Below, one piece after another: positions 12,754 to 23,839 of a stretch of 60,000 nt of DNA (position 1 is the first letter of the stretch; each line of letters opens with the position of its first letter). Both the position numbers and the translations under genes were made by a program. Source of the DNA: Felis catus (taxonomy: Eukaryota); the NCBI RefSeq assembly GCF_018350175.1, contig NC_058368.1:18292001-18352000 (forward strand), read 5' to 3'. Under the pieces are notes generated by a model that worked only from the letters and a program-made list of their open reading frames with translations, was not told where the DNA came from and made no database searches.

Positions 12754-13887
12754 TAAAATGAACATGTTCCCATATCATCTACAATCACTTTATATCCACC
12801 AGGCCTACCTGTCCTGTTCTTTGGGAACCACTATCTCCAGGCATGGTTTCCAAAGACCACATCCCTGTGGTCCCCTGCCGCAGAGGCCTGTGGTTTCCAG
12901 ACGAAGTGGATGTCCCCAACAGGTGGCGTTGACTTCAAGCTATTGCAAGGTGTTTAGGACCAGTATCGTCACCTTCCCTGAAAGACGGTTTTGGAAAAGC
13001 GAAATAACCACCAGCGGGGGCTTGGACACCAGAAGAATGGGAAGGTCACCGAAAACTGGAGGTGGGGAACACACAGCTCAGAGAAACGACACCTGTTTAG
13101 CAATTTTGCCTCGAGCCAGAGTGCTCAAAGCAGGAATTTTTCATGTCCCTGGCCAGTCAGTCAGTACTTGCAGACTGCTCAATATTAACGGAGTGAAACA
13201 TTAAATGCTGCGGTGGTGGCTTTGCAAGTGACAGTTTGACCAGGCTGACATACATTTCCCTGAGCTGCCTTTCCTGCAAATTTCTGGCTAGCACGGGTCA
13301 TAAGGAAGATTTCTTAGGGGATGAGAAAGCCAAAAAGGAATCTAACCATTTGGAAGCTCAGATGCATTGTGACGGATCTGCTGACTGACCTCATCAGTGT
13401 GAAGCAGGATCCGGACCTACAGCAGCAGCACCTTCCCTGGATCTTCCTTCAGGCCCTCTGACTCCCGTATCAGGTATGTGCACGTTCGGTTCTGCAGTGA
13501 AGGACTGACTTCCGCAGAGTATCTTCATCACCAGAGTCCGAGGCAACAACAACCACGGAGGGTCAGCCTGTTCTCGAGGGGTCCCAATTTTTCTCGCTTA
13601 TAATCTTCTCTTGACCACATCACATCAGATGCAGAGACCAAGCCTTAAAGAGATGGCAAAACTAAACCCACTACTGTCTAAACCGTGAAGTATACGTACA
13701 CCTGTGTTAATCACTATATATTTTTGCTAAAGCTAAAACCGTAAATTGCCGAGACACCATAGCCATCTCTTGCCGTCCTAGATTCAGGACACAGAATGAA
13801 TTTTGATACTTGCCATTTATCGTGTATGGCTTTGACAAGTCACGTAAGTAACTTCTCTTCTTCATAAATGCAGCGGGGCTCACAGGG

Positions 13888-13888
<1 letters not shown>

Positions 13889-13920
<32 letters not shown>
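13889..13920 (+). repeat. (TG)n microsatellite
   Basis: Direct reading. Confidence 0.97.
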
Positions 13921-13923
<3 letters not shown>

Positions 13924-13964
13924 AAAGGAATGCATGCTTTCAAACGGTGGTGCTGTAGCATTGC

Positions 13965-14220
13965 TAATTAGCTTCTGTATTCGGATAACTAACATTTGCC
14001 GAGGTAACAAGCAAATCTCAAACCTCAGGGGCTTCAGAAAGTAAAGGGGTATTGCTTGCTTGCAACATGGCCCAAAGCAGGTCGAGGGAGGGCTAAGGGA
14101 GTGGGGAGACTTGGCTCCATGCTGTCACTTAGAGGTCCGGGCTCCTTCTTTCCTGCTGATTCTAGGGCCTTGCCCTCCTCTGCATCCAGCCATTCAAGTA
14201 AAAAGAGTACGGACAAACGC
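13965..14220 (-). mobile_element. Old MaLR LTR remnant (MLT1J/K-like)
   Basis: GGTAACAAGCAAATCTCAAACCTCAGGGGCTT...AAAGGGGTATT motif typical of MLT1 LTR ends; a similar remnant lies at about 14690-14960. Confidence 0.5.
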
Positions 14221-15204
14221 ATCTGCTCTCAGATGTCCGGGCTCGAAGGTGACTCACGCGCAGAGGGGTTGGAGGATGGAACCTAGCTGTGTTCACGAAG
14301 AAGAGGAATCACAGGTGAGCCCTAGACGTGTCTGCTCCAGAGCCTGATGGCTGACGACTGCTCTCATCCATGGAGGGATTACTTTGTGCCCATTACACTC
14401 CGTTTAAAATCGAATGCCACGCAGGAAGGCCATGATCTCTTTGAGGAATGACCATCCGTGTCAGAGACCAAGTTGAGCAAACACGTTTGGTCTTTCAATG
14501 CAATTGATCATAAAGGGAGAAAGTTTACTTTGGAGCTGCTGAGTAAGCCAGGAGGAAAAGAATAATAACCTCCTGATGGGCGATGACAATCAATAATTGT
14601 GATGTCATTCACACGGCCGGGTCACTTGCTTCCTTTCTTGTTAAGTCAGGATCGACGAGGGTGCCACTGTGCTTCAGTGAGAGGCCCCCGCTAAAATTAC
14701 TCGCAACCTAAGGTCCGCTGTTTCTCGCTCGTGCTTCACGTCGAACACAGTTGGCAGAGGTCTCTGCTGATTACAGTCGCTCACAGACCCAGGATCCCCC
14801 TCCACACATGCTGCCATAATTACTAGGACAGCAAGGGACACAGCTGATATCTGGAAGGAGCAGACATCACTTCTGCTCATGGCCCATTGGCCAAAAAGTT
14901 CACGTGGGTGGGTGTCCTAACTTCAAAGGAGGCGGAACATGGTCTAGTAGGAGAAGAGAATTGATACATGGGTCAATGCGTCTCCCTCACACGCTTTCTC
15001 CTTATTCCTTGTGGGGAGAAAAAGCGAGTGAATGAGGACAGGGCAAATGGAGAAGAGCAGAAAGCTGTTGTCCAGCGATTTGGAGGTGCTTCAAACTTTG
15101 TGGGTAGAAAAAATAATCTGTTTCGTCAAACGAAGCTTACAAGTACCGTTAATGTCATATGGACCTTGAATGCCAGAGCCAAAGCTGTATACAGCCCGGA
15201 AGCT

Positions 15205-15446
15205 ATTTTAAACAGCAACGTGGATGAATCTCAAAAGATTTATGCTAACTGAAAGAAGCCAGGAACAAAAGATTACGTACTGCGTGATGCCATTTAGAGG
15301 AAGTTCTAGAAAAGGCAGAGGTATAGCGTCGGAAGAAGCTGAATGGCTGCCAAGGACCAGTGTGTGGGTGGAGAAGATGGGCTACAAAGAGACGTGAGGA
15401 CCCTTTTTAAGGTGATGGAAACATGACCGTGGTGGTGGTTAGCTCA
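15205..15446 (+). mobile_element. Old L1M 3' end, 5' part (continues at 16381-16465 after the MER44 insertion)
   Basis: ACAGCAACGTGGATGAATCTCAAAAG...ATGCTAACTGAAAGAAGCCAG...GGTGATGGAAAC is typical L1M 3'UTR; it resumes as CATGAAACTCATCGGATTGTACTCTTAA. Confidence 0.8.
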
Positions 15447-15657
15447 CTGTAGTCCGCCGTCATCTGAGGTTTTGGCTTCTGGGGTCTCAGGTACCCTCGG
15501 TCGACAGCGGTGTGGAAGCAGAGTATCCTCCCTGACGTATCCTCACAAGGTCATTAGTAGCCTAAGGCTACGTCACAATGTCTACGTCCCACACCTCATT
15601 TCCTCCCACCACGCGGGCATTTGATCATCTCACGTCAACACGAGGAGGGTGAATACT

Positions 15658-15870
15658 GGGGCGCCTGGGTGACTCAATTGGTTAAGCGTCTGACTTCGGC
15701 TCGGGTCATGATCTCAGGGTCTGTGAGTTGAGGCCCTGCATCAGGCTCTGTGCTGACAGCTCGGAGCCTGGAGCCTGCTTCAGTTTCTGTGTCTCCCCCT
15801 CTCTCGCTCCGCCCCTCCCCTGCTCATGCTCTGTCTCTCTCTGTCTCAAAAATAAGTAAACATTAAAAAA
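15658..15870 (+). mobile_element. CanSINE inserted in MER44
   Basis: Canonical head, insert, (CT)n and A tail. Confidence 0.95.
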
Positions 15871-15911
15871 GATACAATAGGTATCTTGTATTGTACAAAA
15901 AGTATTGTATC

Positions 15912-16109
15912 GGGGTGCCTGGATGGCTCAGTCGCTCGGGTCATGATCTCACGGTTTGTGGGTTGGAGCCCCGCATCGGGCTCTGTGCTGACAGCTCAGA
16001 ACCTGGAGCCTGCTTGAGATTCTGAGTCTCCCTCTCTCTCTGCCCCTCCCCCTCTTGTACTCTGTCTCTCTCTCCTTCAAAAATAAACATTAAAAAAAAA
16101 ATTTTTTTT
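15912..16109 (+). mobile_element. CanSINE with internal deletion, inserted in MER44
   Basis: Head lacks the GTTAAGCGTCCGACTTCG segment; TSD AAGTATTGTA on both sides. Confidence 0.93.
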
Positions 16110-17129
16110 AAGTATTGTACAAAAAGTACAATAAGATATTTTGAGCAAGAGACCACATTCACATAACTTGTATATACACAAAATATATTGCTGTAATTGT
16201 TCCATTTTATTGATGATGTTCCTAATCTCTTACTGTGCCTAAGTTATAAATTAAATTTTATCATTGGTCTGTATGTATAGGAAAAAGCATACAATATATA
16301 GGGTTTGGTACTCTACACAGTTTCAGGCATCCACTGGGGGTCTTGGGACCATATCTCCAGCAGATTAAGAGGGAACTACCACACGCATTCATGAAACTCA
16401 TCGGATTGTACTCTTAACATTGGTGAATAATTTTCTTGTACATATATTTTATTCCAATAGAAAGCCAGTGCTTTAGAGCCCTCATTAACGCGTATCTTTG
16501 TAGACATTGTTTTAAACTTCGGTTTGTATTTGAACTGTTTTCTTGAAAACTTAACACTTAGCGTTTTAAAATGGAAAAGCTTCATCGGAGAGAAACATAT
16601 TATGCTGTTTGTTTCAATTAACTGTGACTACGAGGAATCTAGTTGTATCTGAAAGGCCCATGAAACTCTAATTGAACGCTCTACCTAGTGTTTCCTTCTA
16701 CAACAAAATGATCAAAGGACTCGTGGATGTTGTTTTTGTTCACAGGCTGTCCTACTCGAAGGAGGGTAATTGCAATCCCAGCCACGGTTGATATGCAAGA
16801 GCTCAGGCTCTGTCGTGGCCAGAGGTTTGCCGGTTCGGCCCGTGGCCCACGAGGTAGGATCTGACCAAAAGCTCTTCCCAAATACACCGCTCTAGGTTAC
16901 AGAACAAAACAAAGCCGCGAGATCCCTTCCTGGGAGAGTAGAAAATACACAGAGCCCAAGTCCAAAGGGAGAGAGCAGGCCCCCTAAGTTCACTCCCCGA
17001 AAAGATGCACCTCTTCAACTTTTCATCAAGGCTATCAAGACCATGACCGGAAAGACAAGAGGGAGCCATAGGCAAGAGAAAGAAGCAAGAGGAAAGGAGT
17101 CAAAGTGCAATCTCTTCTCTAGGCTTGCC

Positions 17130-17765
17130 CGCCCCCAGGGGGCAGCACAGGCCCTGCCCTCCCTCACCCAAACCCGACCCTCGTGTGGGCTCCCCCCCTC
17201 CCCCCCACAACAGCCTGGCTTCCGCTCAGCTCTGAGGAGCTCCCAGCAGAAGAGGGGAGGCAGCAGGCACCTGCCAGGCGCCAGCCGAAGCCCTGTGGGT
17301 GCCGGGGTTTCTTGCTCATCCTCCGCAACACCGGTCTTTGGGGGCCCAGCGCGCGGGCGCTCAGACACCCCGTGCGCTCCACGTGCGGCCACCACGGTGG
17401 GCGTCCTCTCTTCGTTCCTCCAGCTCTTGCCCATCGGCATTCGTTCTTGTTCTTCCAGCTTTTGTCTTGTTTCTTCTCGAGCTCAGGCCTCCCTGTCTGT
17501 GGCTTGCCTTCGACGCCTAACACAGCAAGCCAAGAGCCCTGAGCTGTATCTTCTGTGCCGACCGGCTCACTGGCGACCGGATGGCAGCATCCTGCAACTT
17601 TGCTGCCCCGGCCCGTCACGGTCAGCACCGACTGGACACATCCCGCTTCCCAGTCCCTTCCGGCTCTCTCGTGCATCTCCGGAGCTCTACTTGCGGCAGA
17701 GTTCTCTGCTCTTCTTACCTCTTTTATACCCAGATGGCCCTGCACGCGTGACACCGTAGGCGTGA
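17130..17765. promoter_or_regulatory. Orphan CpG island with CTCF-like motifs and a minus-strand TATA box
   Basis: About 38 CpGs hand-counted in 17270-17765 and GC-rich, not a SINE. GCCCCCAGGGGGCAGCA at 17131-17147, TGGCGACCGGATGGCAGCA at 17571-17589, TATAAAAG on minus at 17728-17721. Confidence 0.7.
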
Positions 17766-18085
17766 AATACAGAATTGTGGCTTTCACTTAATGTTTCTTG
17801 AAGTGACAGAGATTTGGAATTCTCTGTCAAGTCAGTCTGTCTAGAAACCAATGGTATCTCTAGGTTCCCCTAGAGGCTGTCACTACAAGTAAGTTATTTT
17901 TTATGTTGATATTCAGTATTTCAACAAATTCCCACCGACTTGCCTGATAGACACCCCAAGGTCCCTTCCAGCACCTCAAAGGAGGTTACAGCATTAAAAA
18001 AAAAATAGGATTAGTTTTAATTGATTGAATGTTAGAGCAACATGGAATGTTAAGGATAAGCGTGTTGAACTCTTCAGTATTGCAA

Positions 18086-18304
18086 TTTTTTTAATGTTTT
18101 ATATATTTTTGAGAAAGAGACAGAGTGCGAGTAGGGGAGAGGCAGAGAGAGAGAGGGAGACACAGAATCTGAAGCAGGCTCCAGGCTCCAGGTTCCGAGC
18201 TGTCAGCACAGAGCCTAATGTGGGGCTTGAACTCAGGAACTGAGAGATCATGACCTGAGCCAAAGTTGGACACATAGCCACCGACTGAACCACCTTGGCG
18301 CCCC
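18086..18304 (-). mobile_element. CanSINE
   Basis: Reverse-complement SINE body with an extra copy of the CAGGCTC unit. Confidence 0.94.
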
Positions 18305-18457
18305 GTCTTTAATATTAGAAAGGAGGAAACTGGTCCAAAGGATCTTAATGATTTTGCCTAAAGCCCTAACAGCCAGCTAGTGGCAGAAGTGAGTCTAAAA
18401 CCAAAATCTACTGATGTTTAAGCCTACCTGTTTATACAGCGGCCGCTTCTGTATTAA

Positions 18458-18674
18458 TTTTTTTTTAATGTTTATTTTACTTATTTTGAGAGAGAGAGAG
18501 AAAGAGAGAGAGAGAGAACGAGGAAGGGCAGGGGAGGGGCAGAGAGAGAAGGATAGAGGGAATCCCAAGCAATCCCCAATCCGATGTGAGGCTTGAACTC
18601 ACAAACTGTGAGATCATGACCCGAGCCCAAATCAAGATTTGGACACTTATCCGACTGAGCCACCCAGGCGCCCC
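18458..18674 (-). mobile_element. Older CanSINE
   Basis: Reverse-complement body; TSD CTGTATTAA. Confidence 0.93.
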
Positions 18675-18762
18675 TGTATTAAATTTTATAATAAAAGAAA
18701 TGCATAGACATTTTAAGAGGGGGGGGGGGGTGGTCTTGTTGAGAAACCAATGACGACTTGGC

Positions 18763-18940
18763 ACAGTGGTTCTCAGGTAAGATTTTCCTGAGCATCACTG
18801 GTGGGATCTGTAAAGAAACTAATGCCCAAGTCCTCCTTTACTCTACAGAAGAAAAGTAGCCAAGGTGGGCCCCAAAATGTGTAATTTTTAAAAATTGCTA
18901 CCCTTGATTCTGATGCACCTTCTAGTGAAGAATCACTGAA
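18763..18940. mobile_element. MER5-type hAT-Charlie MITE
   Basis: CAGTGGTTCTCA...GAAGAATCACTG termini; internal GGGCCCCAAAATGTGTAATTTTTAA...TGATTCTGATGCA. Confidence 0.75.
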
Positions 18941-18959
18941 AGTAGAAAAAAAAAACTGG

Positions 18960-19155
18960 GCTTCAATTTCACGGCTCTAGAATGGAATCAGAGATCTTCC
19001 ATGTACTGTGTGATCCTGAGCCAGTTGCTTAACCTCTCTGAGCTTCAAATCCGTCATCTGTGGGGAAAAAAAAGAGATAATAATAGTAATTCTCCAGAAA
19101 TGATAGGAAGCACCTAACATGGTTGCTGGCACACAATGCACACTCAATAAATGAT
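18960..19155 (+). mobile_element. MIR
   Basis: CTGTGTGATCCTGAGCCAGTTGCTTAACCTCTCTGAGCTTCA...CTGGCACACAATGCACACTCAATAAATG core and tail. Confidence 0.8.
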
Positions 19156-19251
19156 TTTTTTTTATTTTGCATCCTTGAAAAGACTTAAAATTCTCATATT
19201 GTTCTCTAAGAGAACATATTTGTTCCTAGTAGTTGAAGCCAGGGGCTCCAT

Positions 19252-19485
19252 TTTTTTTTTATTTTATTTATTTATTTATTTATTTATTTTATTTATTTTT
19301 GGGACAGAGAGAGACAGAGCACGAACGGGGGAGGGGCAGAGAGAGAGGGAGACACAGAATCGGAAACAGGCTCCAGGCTCCGAGCCATCAGCCCAGAGCC
19401 TGATGCGGGGCTCGAACTCACGGACTGCGAGATCGTGACCTGGCTGAAGTCGGACGCTTAACCGAATGCGCCACCCAGGCGCCCC
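19252..19485 (-). mobile_element. Young felid CanSINE
   Basis: Perfect 18-bp TSD TGAAGCCAGGGGCTCCAT at 19234-19251 and 19486-19503; (TTTA)n tail. Confidence 0.97.
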
Positions 19486-19826
19486 TGAAGCCAGGGGCTC
19501 CATAAGGAGAGAAACCCAGGTTCCAAGTTCAACTCTACCATTTGTTGCTCATATGTCTTTGGCAAAATTACTCAAGGTTTTTGTTGTTGTTGTTTTATGT
19601 CTGAGTGTTTTCTTCAATAGCGATAGCAATAGCATAGTACTTAGCATACGTCAATATGCAGTAAAACAATACCTATTGTGATTCTAGATCCTGACTCTAA
19701 TGTGCAGATTTTACCAGTTGGATCCTCCTCACTTTGGAACTAACTTCACTAAACAAACTAGTTACTCTTCAGGTGCTGGATAAGAATAAGACGGCGTTAT
19801 AAGAAACTGCTTTACTAGGCACCTGA

Positions 19827-20164
19827 CTTTTTTATTGATATCATTTACATACAATCGAATGCCTAGATGTTAACCGTACAGATAAATTAGTTCTGCCACA
19901 GGCATACACTCATTTAATCCGATTCTCCGTCAAGATGGGGAACATTTCCATCACTGCAGAAAGTCCCCATCTGTCCTTTCCCAGTCAATCCCATTTTTCC
20001 GTGCCTGAAGGGACACTCACCGTCCTGATTTCCATCATGTTGGATTAGTCTGCCTCTTCTGGAATTTCAGGTAAGTGGAATCATAGTCTTCTGCAGATGA
20101 TTTTTTTTCACGTAACGTGATGCCTTTGAAATAGACCCAAGTTGTTGCATGTATTGGTAGTTTC
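19827..20164 (-). mobile_element. Old L1M 3' UTR fragment
   Basis: TTTATTGATATCATTTACATACAAT...AACATTTCCATCACTGCAGAAAGTCCCC...GTGGAATCATAG...GTTGTTGCATGTATTGGTAGTT. Confidence 0.8.
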
Positions 20165-20386
20165 TTTCTTTTTTTTTTTTTTTAACGTTTATTTATTTTT
20201 GAGACAGAGAGAGGCAGAGCATGAACGGGGGAGGGGCAGAGAGAGAGGGAGACACAGAATCGGAAGCAGGCTCCAGGCTCTGAGCCATCAGCCCAGAGCC
20301 CGACGCGGGGCTTGAACTCCCGGACCGCGAGATCGTGACCTGAGCTGAAGTCGGAGGCTCAACCGACTGAGCCACCCAGGCGCCCC
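20165..20386 (-). mobile_element. Young felid CanSINE
   Basis: Near-consensus, CpG-rich body. Confidence 0.96.
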
Positions 20387-20500
20387 AGTAGTTTATTACA
20401 CCTTGAATTGTTTAGTCAAAAGATTACTGACTGCACATTTTCCATAAGTCATAGGCCAAAGAAATAGCTTACACTAATAACTGTTTAAAAAGAAATAATA

Positions 20501-20723
20501 GGGGTGCCTGGGTGGCTTGGTTGAGCATCCGACTTCGGCTCAGTTCGTGAACTCACGGTTCATGGGTTTGAGCCCTGCGTCAGGCTCTGTGCTGTCAGCT
20601 CAGAGCCTGGAGCCTGCTTCGGATTCTGTGTCCCCCTCTCTCTCTGCGCTTCCCCACTCGTGCCCTGTCTCGCTCTGTCTCAAAAATAAACATTAAAAAT
20701 TTTTTTTCAATAAATAAAAAAAT
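20501..20723 (+). mobile_element. CanSINE
   Basis: TSD AAAAAGAAATAATAG at 20487-20501 and 20724-20738. Confidence 0.95.
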
Positions 20724-20809
20724 AAAAAGAAATAATAGTGATTATAGACCCAACAATGCTGAGGAAGAACTATTATTAGCTGGTGACAGGGACAAGAATA
20801 AAACATGAG

Positions 20810-21041
20810 GGGGCGCCTGGGTGGCTCAGTCGGTTGAACGTCCGACTTCGGCTCAGGTCATGATCTCACATCACAGTCTGTGAGTTCGAGCCCCGCATCG
20901 GGCTCTGTGCTGATGGCTCAGAGCCTGGAGCCTGCTTCCGATTCTGTGTCTCCCTCTCTCTCTGCCCCTTCCCTGCTCATGCTCTGTCTCTCTCTGTCTC
21001 AAAAATAAATAAGAACATTAAGAAAAAAAATTTTTAAAAAA
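20810..21041 (+). mobile_element. CanSINE
   Basis: TSD AAGAATAAAACATGAGG at 20794-20810 and 21042-21058. Confidence 0.96.
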
Positions 21042-21858
21042 AAGAATAAAACATGAGGACAGTAAAATGTAGCATTTGGCTATACTGTCACTTGGTAGCT
21101 TTATCCTAGTCTGATACTTTGACGCAGATGTCTGAAAATTAAAATCTCACGTTACCAGCGTCATTGTGTTTTCAAAATCAAGAGGAACTCCTATTTGAAA
21201 AATTCCTAGAGCGGTGGTGCCCAATGTGCATGCCTCACACAAATGATTATAAAGCCATATAGTAGATCTTTTCTCTTTATCCCCCCCCCCAAAATAAGAA
21301 AGATCCTGAGCTTCATTACCATTCATGATACGGATTGGCATGGCTCCTTGAGTCAATAAGCAGAAGGCAGGAGAGGGAGGAGGTCTGCAACCCAGAAACA
21401 CAGCTGCTTCCATGTTTCTGTCACTTTCACTATTACAGCATATGGCATTTACATGTGCCTTTATTGAAAAGGTGTATGGATTATATGATCTAGTGTTCAT
21501 TAAATCAGCCATCACAGAACACTGGCTTGAAAGTAACCCCGCAAAAGCCCCCGATGAAAGATAACCCAGTGATGTAAGCCCGAGGAAGGAAGACGGCAGA
21601 GCTGACCCTTCTCCTTCTCTTAGGACAGGCTCTTTGCCCACCTCACCGTGAGCAAGATGCTGATGGGCTCATCACACCTGAGAAGATCTGGGCAGAAAGC
21701 ATTTGGCATTATCCACAGGACTATTTGAAATACGGATTTCTTTCATTATCATTAAAGGTGAACCTTGGCCAAAGCTTAGGTTGAGCCTTGAGCTGTTAGC
21801 TAATGAGAAAATGAAGCCATCGTGGTTAGCAAGGCATTCAGAAATATTGCCAATTTTG

Positions 21859-22115
21859 GGGGCGCCTGAGGTGGCTCAGTCAGTTAAGCATCCGACGTCA
21901 GCTCGGGTCATAATCTCACTCTCAGCTCGTGAGTTCGAGACGCGCATCAGGCTCTGTGTGGACAACTCAGAGCCCGGAGACTGCTTCAGATTCTGTCTCT
22001 CTCTCTCTCTCTCTCTCTCTCCCTCCCCTACTTATGCTCTGTTTCTCTCTCTCTCTCTTTCTCTCTCTCTCACTCTCTCTCTCAAAAATAAAAAGACTAA
22101 AAATGTATTTATCAA
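21859..22115 (+). mobile_element. CanSINE with expanded (CT)n
   Basis: Canonical head; TSD AAATATTGCC at 21842 and 22116. Confidence 0.94.
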
Positions 22116-22238
22116 AAATATTGCCTATTTTATCCTTAAGCCGTTCTTTAAAATGCTCTATTTTTAGAAATTTTTGTTCTATTTCTGTATGTTTTAATCT
22201 GCATGCTATTTCGTGTGTCAAGTAATTTATAAATTATT

Positions 22239-22357
22239 CAAGGAACAAAGTATTTGCAGAGAAATATATTTTGTGTGCTCGTATCACAGACAGGACGTTC
22301 CCAATACACATGCTTGCGACCTTCTCATAAATGTTCTTGAAATGTGCTTATTCTGTA
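22239..22357 (+). repeat. Copy 1 of a 119-bp local direct repeat
   Basis: Ungapped hand alignment to 23627-23745 gives 22 mismatches. Confidence 0.9.
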
Positions 22358-22461
22358 TGTCTGTTGGAGGTCCTCAACTATTTTACCACAGGGGTGAACA
22401 GTCTAGCATCATGCAACACTAAGGTATTTTTGTGTGTAGTCTCCACCATGAAGTACTTCTT

Positions 22462-22676
22462 CTTTTTTAATTTTTAAATTTTTTTTTAATTTTTGAAAGA
22501 GAGAGACAGAGTGCCAGCAGGGGAGGGGCAGAAAGAGGGAGACACAGAATCTGAAACAAGCTCCAGGCTCTGAGCTGGCAGCACAGAGTCCGACGCGGGG
22601 CTCGAACCCACAGACCGCGAGATCATGACCTGAGCCGATGTTGGATGCTTAACTGACTGAGCCACCTAGGCCCCCC
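22462..22676 (-). mobile_element. CanSINE
   Basis: TSD AAGTACTTCTT at 22451-22461 and 22678-22688. Confidence 0.95.
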
Positions 22677-23216
22677 TAAGTACTTCTTATTTCTGACTTG
22701 CAAAGTGAAGAGCAATGGGCTTAGGAGACATTTCTACCATGAGATCAAGGTCACTGGGTCCTAATACATGTGTAGTTTGGTCTCAAGAAGCAGCCGTGTC
22801 TTGTGGCTATGCTTCTGGAACTTGGCCACGTGTCACGTGCATTGCATTTAAACGAATATACAGTATAATATAACGAAAACACCTTTTTGGAATATTCTTC
22901 TAGACTTTTGCACATTCCCTTACTATCTCAGTATGCTGGACACTTACTAAAAGTTTCTCTAATGTCCACAACTGTGTAGATGCACATCAATGTGGTTTTT
23001 TCTTTTGAATCTTGACTCGAACCCCCATGGACTTGTTTATCGCTTTACTGGAAGGTTCAATGAGTAGGGAGAGGAAGGAAGAGAAAGAATAGAAGCTTTA
23101 GACATCAAAAGTGAAAGTGGGGTTATTTTTAGACGAATAATAGTAGTACCTGCTCCATAATGTCTCCTGCTTTGTGCAGTGCATTTCTTCCAAAGAATTT
23201 ATAGACAACTTAAGAC

Positions 23217-23233
23217 CACGTGCTGAGTCAGCA
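23217..23233. promoter_or_regulatory. Perfect T-MARE (TGCTGAGTCAGCA) overlapped by a CACGTG E-box
   Basis: CACGTG at 23217-23222 and TGCTGAGTCAGCA at 23221-23233; motif match only. Confidence 0.45.
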
Positions 23234-23626
23234 TGGAAACAGAAGTTACCTCCCGTTAGTTAAGTGGTTAGTTTTTTATTGATAATTGCCTTTAGGACTT
23301 ATACTTGAGGTTAAGGTTTAATTACTCATCCAAGAAATGAGAGGGAAAGCTTTAATGGGAAAAGGAAAAAAATAAAAAGGAGAGAAATATACAGAACAGC
23401 AGAAAGATTAGAAGCAACCATCACAGGTCTTTTCCAGTTAACTTTACTTCCTTTATCACTTGCCCCCTCTACAAAATTTAATTGGTTTTCATCAGGTGGT
23501 GTCCAGATTCCAGTTTGGTGATTACCTTCTGCCTGTTCAGAGTGGTCCTAGGAGTTTCTGTTGTCTCTATTTTTTTTTTTTTTAAGTTGCTGTTTTAAGT
23601 TGCCCCTTGGTGGAACTGTGTTTATA

Positions 23627-23745
23627 CAAGGAACAAAGTATTTGCTGAGAAATATATTTTGCATGCTCACATTACAGACTAAATAGTCCCACTACGTGTG
23701 CTTGAGACCTTCTCATAAGTATTCTCCAAATGTACTTATTCTGTA
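23627..23745 (+). repeat. Copy 2 of the 119-bp local direct repeat
   Basis: See 22239-22357. Confidence 0.9.
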
Positions 23746-23839
23746 AGGTGTGTATGTGCATACCCTTTTCTGAGCCTATGTAAAAATGCTTTCTAGTGTT
23801 CAGGTATGTGCTGATTTCCTCCTGTATAACAAACACTTT

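Larger units (their letters stand above)
15447..16380 (-). mobile_element. MER44-type (Tigger7-derived, TcMar) non-autonomous DNA transposon, interrupted by two SINEs
   Basis: Degenerate TIRs CTGTAGTCCGCC...ATC and GATTAAGAGGGAACTAC; internal TTTCAGGCATCCACTGGGGGTCTTGG and CTTACTGTGCCTAAGTTATAAATTAAA match MER44 as recalled. Confidence 0.85.

Noticed and set aside
17043..17759. Longest ORF (238 aa, plus strand)
   Set aside because: Low-complexity S/P/R/L-rich translation of GC-rich DNA, overlapped by ORFs in several other frames, with no recognisable domain. Not called as CDS.
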